A stretch of DNA of 64,000 bases from an uncultured bacterium. Lineage in GTDB: Bacteria > Zixibacteria > MSB-5A5 > GN15 > FEB-12. Under the pieces are notes generated by a model. It saw only the letters and a list, made by a program, of their open reading frames with translations. It was not told the DNA's origin and did not search any database. Numbering within the stretch: the first letter of the stretch is position 1; each line of letters begins with the position of its first letter. The stretch is taken from positions 10,735 to 74,734 of the forward strand of contig CBDVDR010000018.1 in NCBI GenBank assembly GCA_965372795.1, in the 5' to 3' direction. Positions 29,407 to 40,052 of the stretch are shown here, piece by piece. A program made the translations under genes and the position numbers.

Positions 29407-30663
29407 ATGGAAATAAAATTAGATACTGCCCAACAGAAGGAATTTGAACGTCAATGGGAAATAATCACTCGGGGCGCTGTAGATGTACTCCCCGAAACTG
29501 AATTTCAGGAAAAATTAAAGAAATCAATCAAAGAAAATATTCCCCTTAGAATTAAACAGGGCTTTGATCCTACTTCACCGGATATCCATCTCGGACACTC
29601 GGTTGGCATTCGTAAACTTAAGCAGTTTCAGGAGTTAGGCCATCAAATCGTGTTGATTGTGGGGGATTATACGGCTATGGTCGGGGATCCATCCGGGCAG
29701 TCATCAACTCGTCCCAGGCTGACTTATTATGATATTATGAAGAATGCCGAAACTTACCAAACCCAATTTTTCAAAATCCTCGATAAATCAAAGACTGAAA
29801 TTCGTTTTAATGGAGAATGGTTCAAAGATATGAGTTTTGGTGAAATAATGGAATTGGCAACAAAATTTACAGTTGCCCGTATTCTTGAAAGAGATGATTT
29901 CACTAAAAGAATGAAAGCCGGAATTCCGGTTTCTATTCACGAACTGTTTTATCCTTTAATGCAGGGTTATGATTCGGTAGCGATGAAAGCTGATGTAGAA
30001 ATTGGAGCGACAGAGCAAAAGTTTAACTTATTAGCCGGAAGAACTATTCAGGATGCATACTCTGTCGAGGCTCAATCAGTACTCACAATGCCGATCCTGG
30101 TGGGGCTTGATGGTGAGAAAAAGATGTCAAAATCACTTGGAAACTATATTGGAATTGATGAACAACCTCGCGAAATTTTCGGCAAGGTGATGTCTATCCC
30201 TGATTCACTCATTTACCAATATTTTGAACTTGCAACTGATGTAACTGTAGAAGAATTGGCTGACTTAAAAAAAGAATTGGAAAATCCGGAAATTAATCCG
30301 ATGCATATCAAAAAAAGGCTCGGAATAAGATTGGTTGATATGTATAACGAAATGGGGAGTGGAGAAGCAGCAAAAGAAGAATTTGAACGGATTTTTTCAC
30401 AAAAAAAACTTCCCGATGAGATCCCGGAACTTACTAAGGAGCAAATGAAAGAGATTGATTTAGACCCAAATAATATTTATTTAGTGCATCTTATCGCTAA
30501 AACAAAATTATCTAAGTCTAATTCAGAAGCAAGGAAACTAATTCAGGCCGGAGCTGTTACAATAGATGGTGAGAAAATAATTGACGTTGACTTTACATTT
30601 TCAGCTGATAAAGAGATGATATTAAAAGTTGGTAAAAGAAGATATCTGAAACTAATGGCATAA
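29407..30663 (+). CDS. tyrS: Tyrosine-tRNA ligase
   Basis: GFDPTSPDIHLGH, YPLMQGYDS, KMSKS, C-terminal S4 domain. Confidence 0.97.
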   Translation: MEIKLDTAQQKEFERQWEIITRGAVDVLPETEFQEKLKKSIKENIPLRIKQGFDPTSPDIHLGHSVGIRKLKQFQELGHQIVLIVGDYTAMVGDPSGQSSTRPRLTYYDIMKNAETYQTQFFKILDKSKTEIRFNGEWFKDMSFGEIMELATKFTVARILERDDFTKRMKAGIPVSIHELFYPLMQGYDSVAMKADVEIGATEQKFNLLAGRTIQDAYSVEAQSVLTMPILVGLDGEKKMSKSLGNYIGIDEQPREIFGKVMSIPDSLIYQYFELATDVTVEELADLKKELENPEINPMHIKKRLGIRLVDMYNEMGSGEAAKEEFERIFSQKKLPDEIPELTKEQMKEIDLDPNNIYLVHLIAKTKLSKSNSEARKLIQAGAVTIDGEKIIDVDFTFSADKEMILKVGKRRYLKLMA

Positions 30664-30699
30664 GGATATGATACCAGCCACAGTTAAAGAGTAATTTAA

Positions 30700-32328
30700 A
30701 TGAAAAACTTATTACAAATATTGATTCTAATTTCTTTGTTTTTGATCACCGGTTGTTCAAGAACCGCCGTTAATCATACTGTTCTTAAAATCAATCCTGG
30801 AAACAAACCATTAAAGACAGCGGTGATTGAGAAAAAGGAACCTTTTGAAAAAATTGATGCTCGAGCTTTTAATTATTATGTTAATGGCAATATCTATGAG
30901 GAACTTGGTGATTTTGCTTCAGCCAGTATTAGTTATAAGAATGCTTTGCAAGTTTATCCAACCTCTCATGAAATTAGATATTCTTTAGCAAATATATATT
31001 ATAAAATTCAAAATTTTGCTGATGTATTAGAAACGCTGGAAGTAATAAGCCCCGAAGATGAGCTTGTTTATGAGATGAGAGCGAACTGCCATCGAGCTCT
31101 TGGACAGGATAATCAAGCCAAAACCGCATATTTAAAAGTTGTCGAGTATAACCCAAAAAATGCAATGGCATACTCATATCTCGCAAGCTATTATCGACGG
31201 GAAATGAAGCTCGATTCTATTATCTGGGCATATAATAACCTAACCCGTATCAGACCCGGTAATCACAGAATCTGGTCGGAATTAGGTAAATTACAGATAC
31301 AGATAAATTCTCTTGCGGAGGCAAAGGTATCATTTAAGGAATCGATACGTTTAAGTAAAGATCGTTCCAATTTGATGGCTGTGATACAGCTTGGTGAAAT
31401 TTATGAAATTGAAGGGATTATTGATTCCGCATTACATTATTATAAAACAGGACTTACAATTCAGGGTGATGATCTGTTACTAAATCGGATGATCTCCAAT
31501 TTATATGTTCATCTCGATTCTGCATTTTTGGCGATTCCGCACGCAAAAGTTGTTGTCGAATCTGTTCCAACCGACAAAGGTGCAATAAGACGATTAGCTT
31601 CAATATATTATGCCGCCGATTCGCTTCATTTATCAGATTCAGTTTTTTCATCACTGGTAAGTATAGGAGACCGGCACCCGGCTAACTTTTATTATTTAGG
31701 TCGAATATCAATTCGACAGGAAGACTATCAAAGTGCAAAAACGCATTTTATTAATTTGACACAAGTCGCAGATAGTTCTGCCGACAGCTGGCTTGATCTG
31801 GGTATAACTTGCCGCAAACTTGAGCAGACAGATGAAGAGATTGATACTTATATAAATGGCATTAATCATATGAAGGATGAGAAGAGTGCTGTAAAACTTC
31901 TGTTTGCATTAGGGGCAGCATATGAGAATGCTGGGAAATATGAAAAATCAATAGAGGTCTTCAAAGAAATAATTGCAAAGGTCCCCAATCATGACCAAGC
32001 CATGAATTATTTGGGGTATATGTTTGCAGATAAGGGTGAAAATCTTAAATATGCACAAGAATTAATAGAAAACGCATTATCAATATCTCCAGAAAATGTT
32101 GCGTATTTGGATAGTTATGGCTGGTTATTCTTCCGATTAGGAGATTTTGATCAAGCTCTATATTATTTAAAGAAAGCAGTTGCACTTGACAACGATCCTG
32201 TAATTTTCGATCATTTAGGTGATGCCTACAAGGCTAAGGGCAATCATAATTCTGCCAATGAGTCTTGGGAACGGGCATTGGACTTATCACCGGATGATGA
32301 GAAAATTAAGGAGAAATTGAAACGTTGA
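30700..32328 (+). CDS. TPR-repeat lipoprotein
   Basis: Lipobox LITGC; many TPRs; NYLGY...YLDSYGW...HLGDAY C-terminus. Confidence 0.85.
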   Translation: MKNLLQILILISLFLITGCSRTAVNHTVLKINPGNKPLKTAVIEKKEPFEKIDARAFNYYVNGNIYEELGDFASASISYKNALQVYPTSHEIRYSLANIYYKIQNFADVLETLEVISPEDELVYEMRANCHRALGQDNQAKTAYLKVVEYNPKNAMAYSYLASYYRREMKLDSIIWAYNNLTRIRPGNHRIWSELGKLQIQINSLAEAKVSFKESIRLSKDRSNLMAVIQLGEIYEIEGIIDSALHYYKTGLTIQGDDLLLNRMISNLYVHLDSAFLAIPHAKVVVESVPTDKGAIRRLASIYYAADSLHLSDSVFSSLVSIGDRHPANFYYLGRISIRQEDYQSAKTHFINLTQVADSSADSWLDLGITCRKLEQTDEEIDTYINGINHMKDEKSAVKLLFALGAAYENAGKYEKSIEVFKEIIAKVPNHDQAMNYLGYMFADKGENLKYAQELIENALSISPENVAYLDSYGWLFFRLGDFDQALYYLKKAVALDNDPVIFDHLGDAYKAKGNHNSANESWERALDLSPDDEKIKEKLKR

Positions 32329-34016
32329 TCTCTTACAATAAAACTTTCCTTTTTAAAATTCCTATAGTTTTTAGTTTAATAATCTTCCTTGTTGGGTGTG
32401 CCAAAGTTGTCGCTCCGCCCGGAGGAAAACCCGACAAAACCGGTCCCTACATAATTGGTACAACTCCTCAAAATGGAAGCACCGAAGTTGCTAAAACTGA
32501 TAAAATAAAATTTTATTTTTCAGAACATGTAGTTAAACCTGAAGGTGACCAATTAGTATTTATTTCACCTCGTCCCGAAGTAGATCCGAAAATTAAGTGG
32601 AAATCCGATTTTGTAGAAATTATCATGTCAGATAGTTTTCAAATTGATCAAACCTATATTGTTACTTTAACCTCTGATATAAAAGATCTACGAAGTAACA
32701 AAATAGACAGTTCAATATCAATCGCCTTTACAACCGGATTGGTTTTAGATTCCGGTTCGATTTCGGGGTTATTGTTTAACAATGAGAAACTTCAACCGGG
32801 TTATCTGGTCGGATTGTATGATGCTGTTGAATATTCAACAGTTTTGTCATTAGATTCGATCTATCCTGAATATGTGAGTCAAACTAATAGTAATGGATTT
32901 TTTGAATTTAATTATCTTCCAAAAAGAAGTTACAAACTGGTATCATTTGAAGATAAAAATAAGAACAGTTTATTTAATCTTTATAAAGAGAATTTTGCAG
33001 TTACAGACAGAAAAATAAATTTTGAATCTTTGAATAGATACGATTCTCTGTATTTATCTGTGACTTCTCAGGACACATTGAAACCGAAAATATTATCTTC
33101 TATTTGGAGCAAAGACAACCTTCTCAAAGTAAGGTTAACCGATCCTGTATCATTGGATTATTTAAAAGTTAATCCAGGCAATATAATCTTAAGATCATTA
33201 GTCGATAGCTTACAATTATTCTCAGCCAATTCAATGCTTGAGATCAACCTGCAGGAAAGCTCAGCATTGACTTTTAATTTTGATTCAATCCCGGATGGAG
33301 AATATTCGGTTGAACTAACTTATGATACTTTGGAAGAAAAATTATTTTATGAGTCTGTGAACTTGATTGCAGAGATAGATATTCAACCGATAGAAATTAT
33401 CGAATTTCAACCGGGGGCGCTGCCGATATTGATTCATGAGCTTGATATTTCCGCTTTGTTCTCAGAGCCGATTGATACTTTGAAATTATCTGAACAAACT
33501 TTTACACTTTGGCAAGACAGTTTAACTCAATTGAGACTTGAACGAAGCATTGAAACACCTTTTAAAATCAAATTTTCAACTCCGGGTTTAACAAAAGGCA
33601 ATAACCTAAAACTTAAGATGCTTGAGTTTGAAATTGCTGATAAAGCAGGTAATGTTCTTGGTGATTCAATCATAGAGTATAGTTTTTCAATTACCGATCC
33701 TGATTCATTAGGTTCGGTTAGTGGAAATGTTTATTCTGAGTTTGCTATGTCAGATTATGACATATTTCATTTGAAGCTTATGAATTTTAAAACCAAGCAG
33801 GAATTTGATTTTGCTGTTGACGGGAACAGCTTTGCTATAAATTTACCAGAAGGAAAATATAGGCTTACCGGATTTATTGATTTGAATTCAAATGATTTTC
33901 GAGATCTCGGGCAGGCTTTTCCATATCAATTTGCCGAGCCAATCGCATTTTATTCAGATACCATTAATGTTCGGGCGCGATTTGAAACAGCAGAGATAGA
34001 AATGATATTCAAATAA
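32325..34016 (+). CDS. Ig-like (Big_5) domain lipoprotein
   Basis: Lipobox LVGC, PPGGKPDKTGP, PQNG...FSE, IAFTTG. Confidence 0.75.
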   Translation: MISYNKTFLFKIPIVFSLIIFLVGCAKVVAPPGGKPDKTGPYIIGTTPQNGSTEVAKTDKIKFYFSEHVVKPEGDQLVFISPRPEVDPKIKWKSDFVEIIMSDSFQIDQTYIVTLTSDIKDLRSNKIDSSISIAFTTGLVLDSGSISGLLFNNEKLQPGYLVGLYDAVEYSTVLSLDSIYPEYVSQTNSNGFFEFNYLPKRSYKLVSFEDKNKNSLFNLYKENFAVTDRKINFESLNRYDSLYLSVTSQDTLKPKILSSIWSKDNLLKVRLTDPVSLDYLKVNPGNIILRSLVDSLQLFSANSMLEINLQESSALTFNFDSIPDGEYSVELTYDTLEEKLFYESVNLIAEIDIQPIEIIEFQPGALPILIHELDISALFSEPIDTLKLSEQTFTLWQDSLTQLRLERSIETPFKIKFSTPGLTKGNNLKLKMLEFEIADKAGNVLGDSIIEYSFSITDPDSLGSVSGNVYSEFAMSDYDIFHLKLMNFKTKQEFDFAVDGNSFAINLPEGKYRLTGFIDLNSNDFRDLGQAFPYQFAEPIAFYSDTINVRARFETAEIEMIFK

Positions 34017-34025
34017 AATCTCATT

Positions 34026-34051
34026 AAAAAAGGCGGGAAAACCCGCCTTTT
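34026..34051. terminator. Bidirectional intrinsic terminator
   Basis: AAAAAAGGCGGG-aaaa-CCCGCCTTTT between convergent genes. Confidence 0.88.
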
Positions 34052-34080
34052 AATTATTGAAATATAAAAATAATCTACTT

Positions 34081-34692
34081 TTACAATTTACCCCAAACGG
34101 CAAGATTAACGCGACGGTTCATAGAAGCGGAATCTTTTTCATCGGGCATCGCAACCGGTTTGGTTTCACCATAAGCAATTACAAACAATCTATAAAGAGA
34201 TAAGCCAAATTGATCGGTTAAAAATCTTTTAGCAGAATTAGCTCTTTGTGCGGTGAGCATAATATTATATTTGGCACTACCGGTCCGGTCAGAATGTCCG
34301 GCTATTTCGATAATTGAACCGGGGCTTGACTGCATTTTTTCACCAGCCTGCAGAAGAATCTGTTCAGCGGCGGCATTAATATCCTGGCGGTCGAAATCAA
34401 AATTGATAACACCCTGCCAGATAATCTGGTAATTTTCAAAGCCTTTGGCTTCGTTGATTGCCATATCAGTCTTTTTTGAAAGTTCATCAGAAAGAGATTT
34501 TAAACGTGATATTTCATGGGCATTACCATCAGTTTTATCTCTTAAGGTGCCGAGTTCGCTGCCTGTACGAGCTTCAGAATCGGCAATTTGCTGGGCAACA
34601 TAATCTTTATTGACCCCGCAACCGGTAACTAGCAGCATCAAAGCCATCAGTGCCACTAAAATTACACTTTTCATTTTCAGTCCTTTCGTCAA
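34081..34692 (-). CDS. OmpA-family peptidoglycan-binding lipoprotein
   Basis: Lipobox VTGC; coiled linker; FDFD, GHSDRTGS..YN..L...RA, YGETKP, NRRV. Confidence 0.9.
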   Translation of the reverse strand: MTKGLKMKSVILVALMALMLLVTGCGVNKDYVAQQIADSEARTGSELGTLRDKTDGNAHEISRLKSLSDELSKKTDMAINEAKGFENYQIIWQGVINFDFDRQDINAAAEQILLQAGEKMQSSPGSIIEIAGHSDRTGSAKYNIMLTAQRANSAKRFLTDQFGLSLYRLFVIAYGETKPVAMPDEKDSASMNRRVNLAVWGKL

Positions 34693-34783
34693 TTATTAAA
34701 CTAATAAATCATATCTATTTACATACTCTCAAGTGGTCAATTAAAAGAACGATACACCGGAAATGCAACTAAAAAAAGAAAAT

Positions 34784-35605
34784 TTACTGTTTTAATGCCC
34801 CGCCGGTAATTCCGGACACAATCTGCCTTTGCATGAACAAAAACAGCACTAAAACAGGAATAACAGCGATTGTGGAGCCTGCCATCAAGTGTTGCCAGTC
34901 GATTGCCTGATGTCCCTGAAATAGAGCCAGAGCAACCGGCAGCGTTCTAACAGAGTCCGATTGGGTGAGGATATAAGGGAACAGGAAAGAATTCCAATTG
35001 GTAAAGAAGACCTGAATTGCAAGAACCGCCAAAGCCGGTTTGCAGATTGGCATCACTATTTTAAATAAGATTTTAAAATCTCCGGCGCCGTCAATACGGG
35101 CAGCTTCTTCCATCGAAGGGGGAATTGATTCGATATATTGTTTGACCAGAAAGATTCCAATCGGATTTACAATCCAGGGTAATATTAAAGCCCAATAGCT
35201 GTCATAAATCCCAAGCTTCAAGCATAAAACATATAACGGGATGATGACAATGTGAGCCGGGATCATAAGAATCAAAATTACTGTTACAAAAAGAATTTTA
35301 TTTATAATAAAGTTAAATCGGGCAAGGGAATAAGCAACTGTGAAACAAAAAAGTATATTCCCGACAGTTACAATTGTGCCTACAAATATTGAATTAAAAA
35401 GATAAACTCCCATATTATTGATCTGGAATAAATCTATGAAATTTGTAAATGTGAAACTTGAACTTAACAGGTTCCCAAATGAAATACTTTCTCCAGCCCC
35501 AAGAAATGATACACGAAACATCCACAGCAAAGGGAAAATCATAACAAGAGTGATGATAGACAAAATAGAATATCGCATTATATGATTTGAGGATTTTCTT
35601 ACCAT
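34784..35605 (-). CDS. Carbohydrate ABC transporter permease (MalG type)
   Basis: EEAARIDGA EAA loop, WNSFLFP, TLPVAL. Confidence 0.92.
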   Translation of the reverse strand: MVRKSSNHIMRYSILSIITLVMIFPLLWMFRVSFLGAGESISFGNLLSSSFTFTNFIDLFQINNMGVYLFNSIFVGTIVTVGNILFCFTVAYSLARFNFIINKILFVTVILILMIPAHIVIIPLYVLCLKLGIYDSYWALILPWIVNPIGIFLVKQYIESIPPSMEEAARIDGAGDFKILFKIVMPICKPALAVLAIQVFFTNWNSFLFPYILTQSDSVRTLPVALALFQGHQAIDWQHLMAGSTIAVIPVLVLFLFMQRQIVSGITGGALKQ

Positions 35606-36468
35606 AAGGGTTGTCGTCTCCTCATGATTACAAATTGAAACAAGGAGAACAAGCCGATGATCACAAACAGTACGTAAGCCGCTGCCGAAGCATAACCAAA
35701 ACTGAAATTAGTTGTTAAACCTTTTTCATAAATAAAATAGACAGCGGTCGAACTGTCGAATTTACCTCGGGTCATAATGAAAATTTCCAGGAAAACCTGA
35801 AATGATTTAATTGAATTAATAACTAATATGAAAAGTGCAACCGGCTGTAACAGGGGGAGCGTGATTGAAAAGAATTGTCTTGTTTTTCCGGCTCCGCTAA
35901 TTTCGGCGGCTTCGTATAGTTCTTCGGGTATCGATTTGAGTCCGGCAAGGAATATTAACATATAATATCCGACCGACATCCAAACATCCATCCCCATAAT
36001 AGAGTACAATGCGGTACTTTCACTTAGCAGGAATCCATATTCGGGGGGAGTGAAACCGATCATTTCAGCTAAGAGCGCGATATAACCGCCTCGTTGCAGC
36101 AGGTTGGTGAAAATCAATGCAATAACAACCATAGAAGTGATTGAGGGGAGAAAAAATGCCGAGCGAAAAATATCTCGGCCTTTGAATTTTCCATTTATCA
36201 ACAATGCCAGGAATAATGAAATAATTGTTGTAAAGGGGATAGTTCCGCCTACAAAAATGAAAGTATTTTTTAGCGATGAGATAAATTCAGGATCATTAAA
36301 TAAACTGATATAATTTGCAAAGCCGACCCAGTTAATTTCTTTGACAAGAAGCCGGTAGTCGGTGAACCCGATTATAAATGAATATAAAAGGGGGAAGAAC
36401 CAGAACAGGCTGAAAGTGACTACCCATGGCAATCCGAAAATTATAGCTGTTTTTTTTGAAAGCTTCAT
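35599..36468 (-). CDS. Carbohydrate ABC transporter permease (MalF type)
   Basis: LAGLKSIPEELYEAAEISGA, ITLPLL, FGYASA. Confidence 0.92.
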   Translation of the reverse strand: MKLSKKTAIIFGLPWVVTFSLFWFFPLLYSFIIGFTDYRLLVKEINWVGFANYISLFNDPEFISSLKNTFIFVGGTIPFTTIISLFLALLINGKFKGRDIFRSAFFLPSITSMVVIALIFTNLLQRGGYIALLAEMIGFTPPEYGFLLSESTALYSIMGMDVWMSVGYYMLIFLAGLKSIPEELYEAAEISGAGKTRQFFSITLPLLQPVALFILVINSIKSFQVFLEIFIMTRGKFDSSTAVYFIYEKGLTTNFSFGYASAAAYVLFVIIGLFSLFQFVIMRRRQPLW

Positions 36469-37682
36469 TAAAAGCCTTTAAGTTTTTCAATCTCCATCTG
36501 TGCTTTCCGAAGCGGTTCTGCAATTAATCCGGATTTAAAGAGCGCATCCTCAACAGCTTTTTCAATAATGTCTTCAATCTGTACCCAGTCAGGATCAACG
36601 GGAGGATGAGCAACAGAATATATTTGCTTATTAAACAGAGTCAGATGTGCTGTTGATTTAAAATATTTATCAGCTTGAGCCAGTTTCGAGGAAGGTGTTG
36701 CTGAACGATTAGCTTTACAGAATTTCACCTGATTTTCTGGCGAAGTTAAAAAGTTGATAAATTTTACAGCGGCATCTTTATTTTTTGAGCTTTCACTTAT
36801 AGCCAAATATTCACCGCCAAGAAATGATTTGCCGGGGAAATTAGGACCGGGAATTAAAGCGGTTTCGAAATTCAGAGTACGTTTTTCAAGTTCAATTCTT
36901 TTCAAAAGCCAGTCGCCCGACATGATAAACCCTACTTTGCCATCTAAAAAGGCATCTTCGATTCCTCTTTGCTTGGCAACAAAGCCGCAGGTATCATGTA
37001 GCCACTTATAAGTAGTCAGAGCCTCAATCCCTTTAGTTGAAGGTAGAACGCACATCTTGCCGTCATCTGAGAATATTTGAGCATTAGCCGACCAGAAGAA
37101 GGGCATAAATTTTTTATACAGGCGATGTTTTTCAGGGCTGTTTGACCCCCAGCCGTAAATATCATTGCCTAAGCTATGAATTTTTTGGGAAGCTTCTTTA
37201 AGATCGGACCATTTGAAAGGAACAAAGCTGTTTTCGTATTCGGCTTTTGTTAACAAATCGCGATTTAAAAAGAGAACTCTGGTCCCCAGAAACCACGGTT
37301 TGGCATAAATTTTATTTTTATAATTAGCTAAATCCCAGCCTAAAATGTCTGAACTATCCTTTTTGAAGTATTCTGATAAATCCGTAATTTGATCTGTTGA
37401 TGCAAACTGGGCAATCCAGTCAGAGCCAAGCTCAACAATGTCTGGTGCGGTTCCGGATGAAAAGGCAATGACGATCTTTTCATGACCATTTGACCAGGTT
37501 AGGTCAGTTAGATTTACTTCAATATCAGGGTTTTGTTTTTCAAACTCTGATACAATTTCATTTATAACCGGTTTAATATTCGGGTCAGTCCAGAATTGCC
37601 ACCATTCTAAAGTGGTTTTAGCACTTAAACTGGATACTAATATCATAGAGAATATAAATATAACAAATAAAGTTTTTCGCAT
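36468..37682 (-). CDS. Sugar ABC transporter substrate-binding protein
   Basis: Signal peptide, FEKQNPDIEV, GTAPDIV, SKNKDAAVKFINFLTSPENQ. Confidence 0.9.
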   Translation of the reverse strand: MRKTLFVIFIFSMILVSSLSAKTTLEWWQFWTDPNIKPVINEIVSEFEKQNPDIEVNLTDLTWSNGHEKIVIAFSSGTAPDIVELGSDWIAQFASTDQITDLSEYFKKDSSDILGWDLANYKNKIYAKPWFLGTRVLFLNRDLLTKAEYENSFVPFKWSDLKEASQKIHSLGNDIYGWGSNSPEKHRLYKKFMPFFWSANAQIFSDDGKMCVLPSTKGIEALTTYKWLHDTCGFVAKQRGIEDAFLDGKVGFIMSGDWLLKRIELEKRTLNFETALIPGPNFPGKSFLGGEYLAISESSKNKDAAVKFINFLTSPENQVKFCKANRSATPSSKLAQADKYFKSTAHLTLFNKQIYSVAHPPVDPDWVQIEDIIEKAVEDALFKSGLIAEPLRKAQMEIEKLKGF

Positions 37683-37789
37683 TTTCGGACCTTTCAGAAA
37701 TTACTTTTGAGAATTATAAAAATATCAGGAATCTAAATCAATAAAAAATAGAATTATAATTATCATATATTTTAGTTGAACAAGCGAGT

Positions 37790-38632
37790 TTGTTTTTCAT
37801 ATTAATAGGTATGAATTTTTTCCCGATCATTAATGTGGCCGCCAATAACGAATGGATTAATACTGACAAACTCCCATTGTTAATTATTTCATTAGTCTCG
37901 ATCATTATAATATTATACACTACCTATCACCGAAAAAGCCGTGATAGCTATAAAATGCGGGAAATTTCAGGAATGAAAGCTGTCGAAGATGCCATCGGCC
38001 GAGCTACTGAGATGGCTCGTCCGGTTCTGTTTACTCCCGGATGGGGAGGAGACATACAAAGACCCACAACGATAGCTTCGATGAATTTTCTTTCTAATGT
38101 GGCAAAAAAAACAGCTCAATACGATTGTAAGCTGATTTATCCGACTCATGATCCGGTAATTATGACCGTGGCTCAGGAAGTTATCAAGGAAAGTTACATG
38201 GCTGCGGGATTCCCTGATAGATATCAGGAGGATAATATCAACTATGTTTCTTCTTCACAATTTGGGTATGCTGCGGCTGTCGATGGCTTATTAACCAGAG
38301 AAAAGCCGGCTTCGGTTTTCCTGCTCGGGACCTTTGAAGCGGAATCTTTGATCTTAGCTGAAACAGGAAATTCTATTAATGCGATTCAAATTGCAGGAAC
38401 TGATTCAACAATTCAGCTATCGTTTTTCATAGTCGCCTGTGATTATACTTTGATAGGGGAAGAGTTGTTTGCGGCTTCGGGTTATCTCACTCAGGATAGA
38501 TCAATTATGGCTTCAGTAAGAGCTCAGGACATTTTAAAAGTAATCATCGCTATATTTATAACAATTGCAATAATCTGGGATACGATAGCTCTGTTCAATA
38601 ATGGTTTATCTAACAGCTGGTGGAAATTTTAA
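37790..38632 (+). CDS. DUF6754-like membrane-anchored protein
   Basis: REISGMKAVEDAIGRATEMARPV, F.AESLILAETG, QIAGT, CDYTLIGEELFAASGYL match my recollection of DUF6754; start may be ATG at 37811. Confidence 0.7.
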   Translation: MFFILIGMNFFPIINVAANNEWINTDKLPLLIISLVSIIIILYTTYHRKSRDSYKMREISGMKAVEDAIGRATEMARPVLFTPGWGGDIQRPTTIASMNFLSNVAKKTAQYDCKLIYPTHDPVIMTVAQEVIKESYMAAGFPDRYQEDNINYVSSSQFGYAAAVDGLLTREKPASVFLLGTFEAESLILAETGNSINAIQIAGTDSTIQLSFFIVACDYTLIGEELFAASGYLTQDRSIMASVRAQDILKVIIAIFITIAIIWDTIALFNNGLSNSWWKF

Positions 38633-39252
38633 TGACTCGTAAAGTTGCCTTGATCATCTGTTTTGTGTCCGGTCTGATTATGTTTTTGCAATATTTCTCT
38701 GATCACCAAACCGCTCGGGATGTAAATCAAGCGATCTTAGAATACTGGCAGATTATTTTTGCTTTTACTTTGATTGTTGGAATCGTTGGGTTTTTCAAAT
38801 TGTCTTTTACAGCGATGAAAAAACCGGAAAACCGTCCCTATCGATTAGTTTCATTGTTGGGATTGACAACCATGCCGGTTCTTGCTATAGGATGGGGTAT
38901 TAAAGCTGATACGCCATTTATGTGGATGTTTGAAAATGTTCAGGCTCCGATGCAGGCGACAGTTTTTTCTCTATTAGCATTTTTTGTAGCCTCGGCATCT
39001 TTTAGAGGGTTCAGAGCAAGGTCACTTCCAGCGGTAGTATTACTGGTCTCTGCGTCAATAATTTTGTTAAGTCGCTCGGCTTTAGGAGAAATGATTTGGA
39101 GTAACCTGCCTGATTTTGCTGATTGGATAAGAAGATATCCCTCGATGTCGGCCCGTCGCGCAATATTAATCGGTATCGGTTTAGGTTCATTGACAACCTC
39201 ACTTCGCGTGATTCTTGGAATTGAACGCACCTGGCTCGGAGGTGATAAATGA
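38620..39252 (+). CDS. Uncharacterised multi-pass membrane protein
   Basis: ~6 TM; ATVFSLLAFFVASASFRGFRAR, RRAILIGIGLG...LRVILGIER; likely start ATG 38632 overlapping the upstream stop (TAATG). Confidence 0.75.
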   Translation: MEILMTRKVALIICFVSGLIMFLQYFSDHQTARDVNQAILEYWQIIFAFTLIVGIVGFFKLSFTAMKKPENRPYRLVSLLGLTTMPVLAIGWGIKADTPFMWMFENVQAPMQATVFSLLAFFVASASFRGFRARSLPAVVLLVSASIILLSRSALGEMIWSNLPDFADWIRRYPSMSARRAILIGIGLGSLTTSLRVILGIERTWLGGDK

Positions 39253-40052
39253 AAATTCACTCCCGTCACTGGACCTTTATAGGTCTTTTTGTGGTCATTG
39301 CTATAGTCATGCTGATTGATAAGAAGCTTACTATGCCAATTTCAGATCAGACTCAAAAGTTATATGACTACATTGACAGCCTTCCGCCCGATTCAAAATT
39401 ACTGGTGTCGTTCGATCATGAAGCTTCGTCGTTGCCGGAAATCCAACCGATAGCTCTGGCCATTTGTCGTCATGCTTTTTCAAAAGGACATAAAGTTATT
39501 GGGATGGCATTGTATGCTGAAGGAACGGTAATCGGATATCGTCTGTTGCAAAAAACTGCCGGTGAATATGACAAAGAGTATGGAACAGATTATGTCTATC
39601 TCGGATTCAAACCTCAATATATTGCTGCAATTCTATCAATGGGGGAATCGTTTGAACAGACTTTCCCAGTAGATTATTCAGGAAACAGTTATCAAGATTT
39701 AGAATTACTGAATGATGTCGCCAATTATGATGATGTTGACGGAGTGATTTCAATTGCCGATGGATCGCTTACAACTCATTGGATGGAATATGTCGGCGCC
39801 CGTTATGAGGTTCGTATCCTTGCCGGAGTAACGGCGGCGATGGTTACAACTTATGATCCTTATGTTTCTTCCGGTCAAATGTATACTATGATTGGAGGCT
39901 TGAGGGGAGCGGCTGAATATGAACAATTAATAAAAATAGAGGGTGGGGCGTCGCGAGGAATGCTGGCACAGACCTCGGCTCATCTATATGTACTCTTTTT
40001 AATTTTAGTGGGCAATATTATTTATTTACGTTCAAAGAGGAAAGCTAACTGA
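39249..40052 (+). CDS. Uncharacterised membrane-anchored protein with a soluble alpha/beta domain
   Basis: N- and C-terminal TM; YGTDYVYLGFKP, PYVSSGQ...GGLRGAAEYE; ATGA overlap. Confidence 0.75.
   Translation: MKIHSRHWTFIGLFVVIAIVMLIDKKLTMPISDQTQKLYDYIDSLPPDSKLLVSFDHEASSLPEIQPIALAICRHAFSKGHKVIGMALYAEGTVIGYRLLQKTAGEYDKEYGTDYVYLGFKPQYIAAILSMGESFEQTFPVDYSGNSYQDLELLNDVANYDDVDGVISIADGSLTTHWMEYVGARYEVRILAGVTAAMVTTYDPYVSSGQMYTMIGGLRGAAEYEQLIKIEGGASRGMLAQTSAHLYVLFLILVGNIIYLRSKRKAN

Noticed and set aside
34784..37682. Sugar ABC transporter without ATPase as a novelty
   Set aside because: Carbohydrate ABC operons commonly share an ATPase encoded elsewhere
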